Both the position numbers and the translations under genes were made by a program. Shown one piece after another: positions 48,320-48,563 of a stretch of DNA of 48,563 nt. The stretch spans positions 106,071,902-106,120,464 of the forward strand of contig NC_068982.1 in assembly GCF_001194135.2 (NCBI RefSeq). The letters run 5' to 3'. The notes below the pieces were generated by a model, which saw nothing but the letters and a program-made list of their open reading frames with translations, was not told the origin of the DNA and ran no database searches. The first letter of the stretch is position 1; every line of letters begins with the position of its first letter. The stretch is from Octopus bimaculoides (taxonomy: Eukaryota).

Positions 48320-48563
48320 ATCATGGACGGACGGTAGACACATCGGCTCCCATGTAAGTTGCATTTTTCACCTCTTAAAAGACCTATTTTGTTTTAAAAT
48401 TTTGTATAAGTTGTGTATAACACAAAATACTTCGTGAACATATATTTTTCAAATCGGAAATAGCTCTATTTAGAGCCTTATTTCCAAAAATTCAAACATA
48501 TCTTCCTCGTTCCTAGCCATATTCTTTAAAACGAATATGGCTAAGGTTTTCAACGAGGCCGAC
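48319..48563. repeat. Unclassified element after (TCTA)n with a strong hairpin; cut by the window edge
   Basis: TAGCCATATTC-TTTAAAAC-GAATATGGCTA (48514-48543) enclosed by CCTCGTT/AACGAGG; begins GGACGGACGG. Confidence 0.4.

Overview
AT-rich, repeat-saturated animal genomic DNA from a gapped draft assembly. There are 14 N-gaps totalling about 7.3 kb, nearly all bordered by microsatellites. No intact protein-coding gene, tRNA, rRNA or CRISPR array is visible; almost all long ORFs in the track are artefacts of N-runs and microsatellites. The dominant tRNA-derived SINE families match my recollection of octopus repeats, so the source is probably Octopus (inference, not verified). Decayed DNA transposons: a Tc1 with DD36E spacing, a DD34D mariner, a rosa/DD41D-like element, two hAT elements with 8-bp TSDs, a piggyBac-type MITE and a Helitron helicase. 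Decayed retroelements: CR1-type RT, RTE-type AP endonuclease, two HERO-like and one R4/Dong-like restriction-like endonuclease fragments, and a Penelope-like GIY-YIG fragment. The most interesting signals are: (1) five copies of a short repeat carrying a minimal hammerhead-ribozyme-like core, two of them forming a head-to-head inverted pair; (2) an intronless, decayed USP (peptidase C19) deubiquitinase fragment that looks mobile-element- or virus-borne; (3) the DD36E Tc1; (4) a candidate two-exon, signal-peptide-encoding gene start at 6.3-6.6 kb; (5) several long fold-back palindromes and inverted SINE pairs. All protein identities come from my manual translation and motif recall, not database searches.
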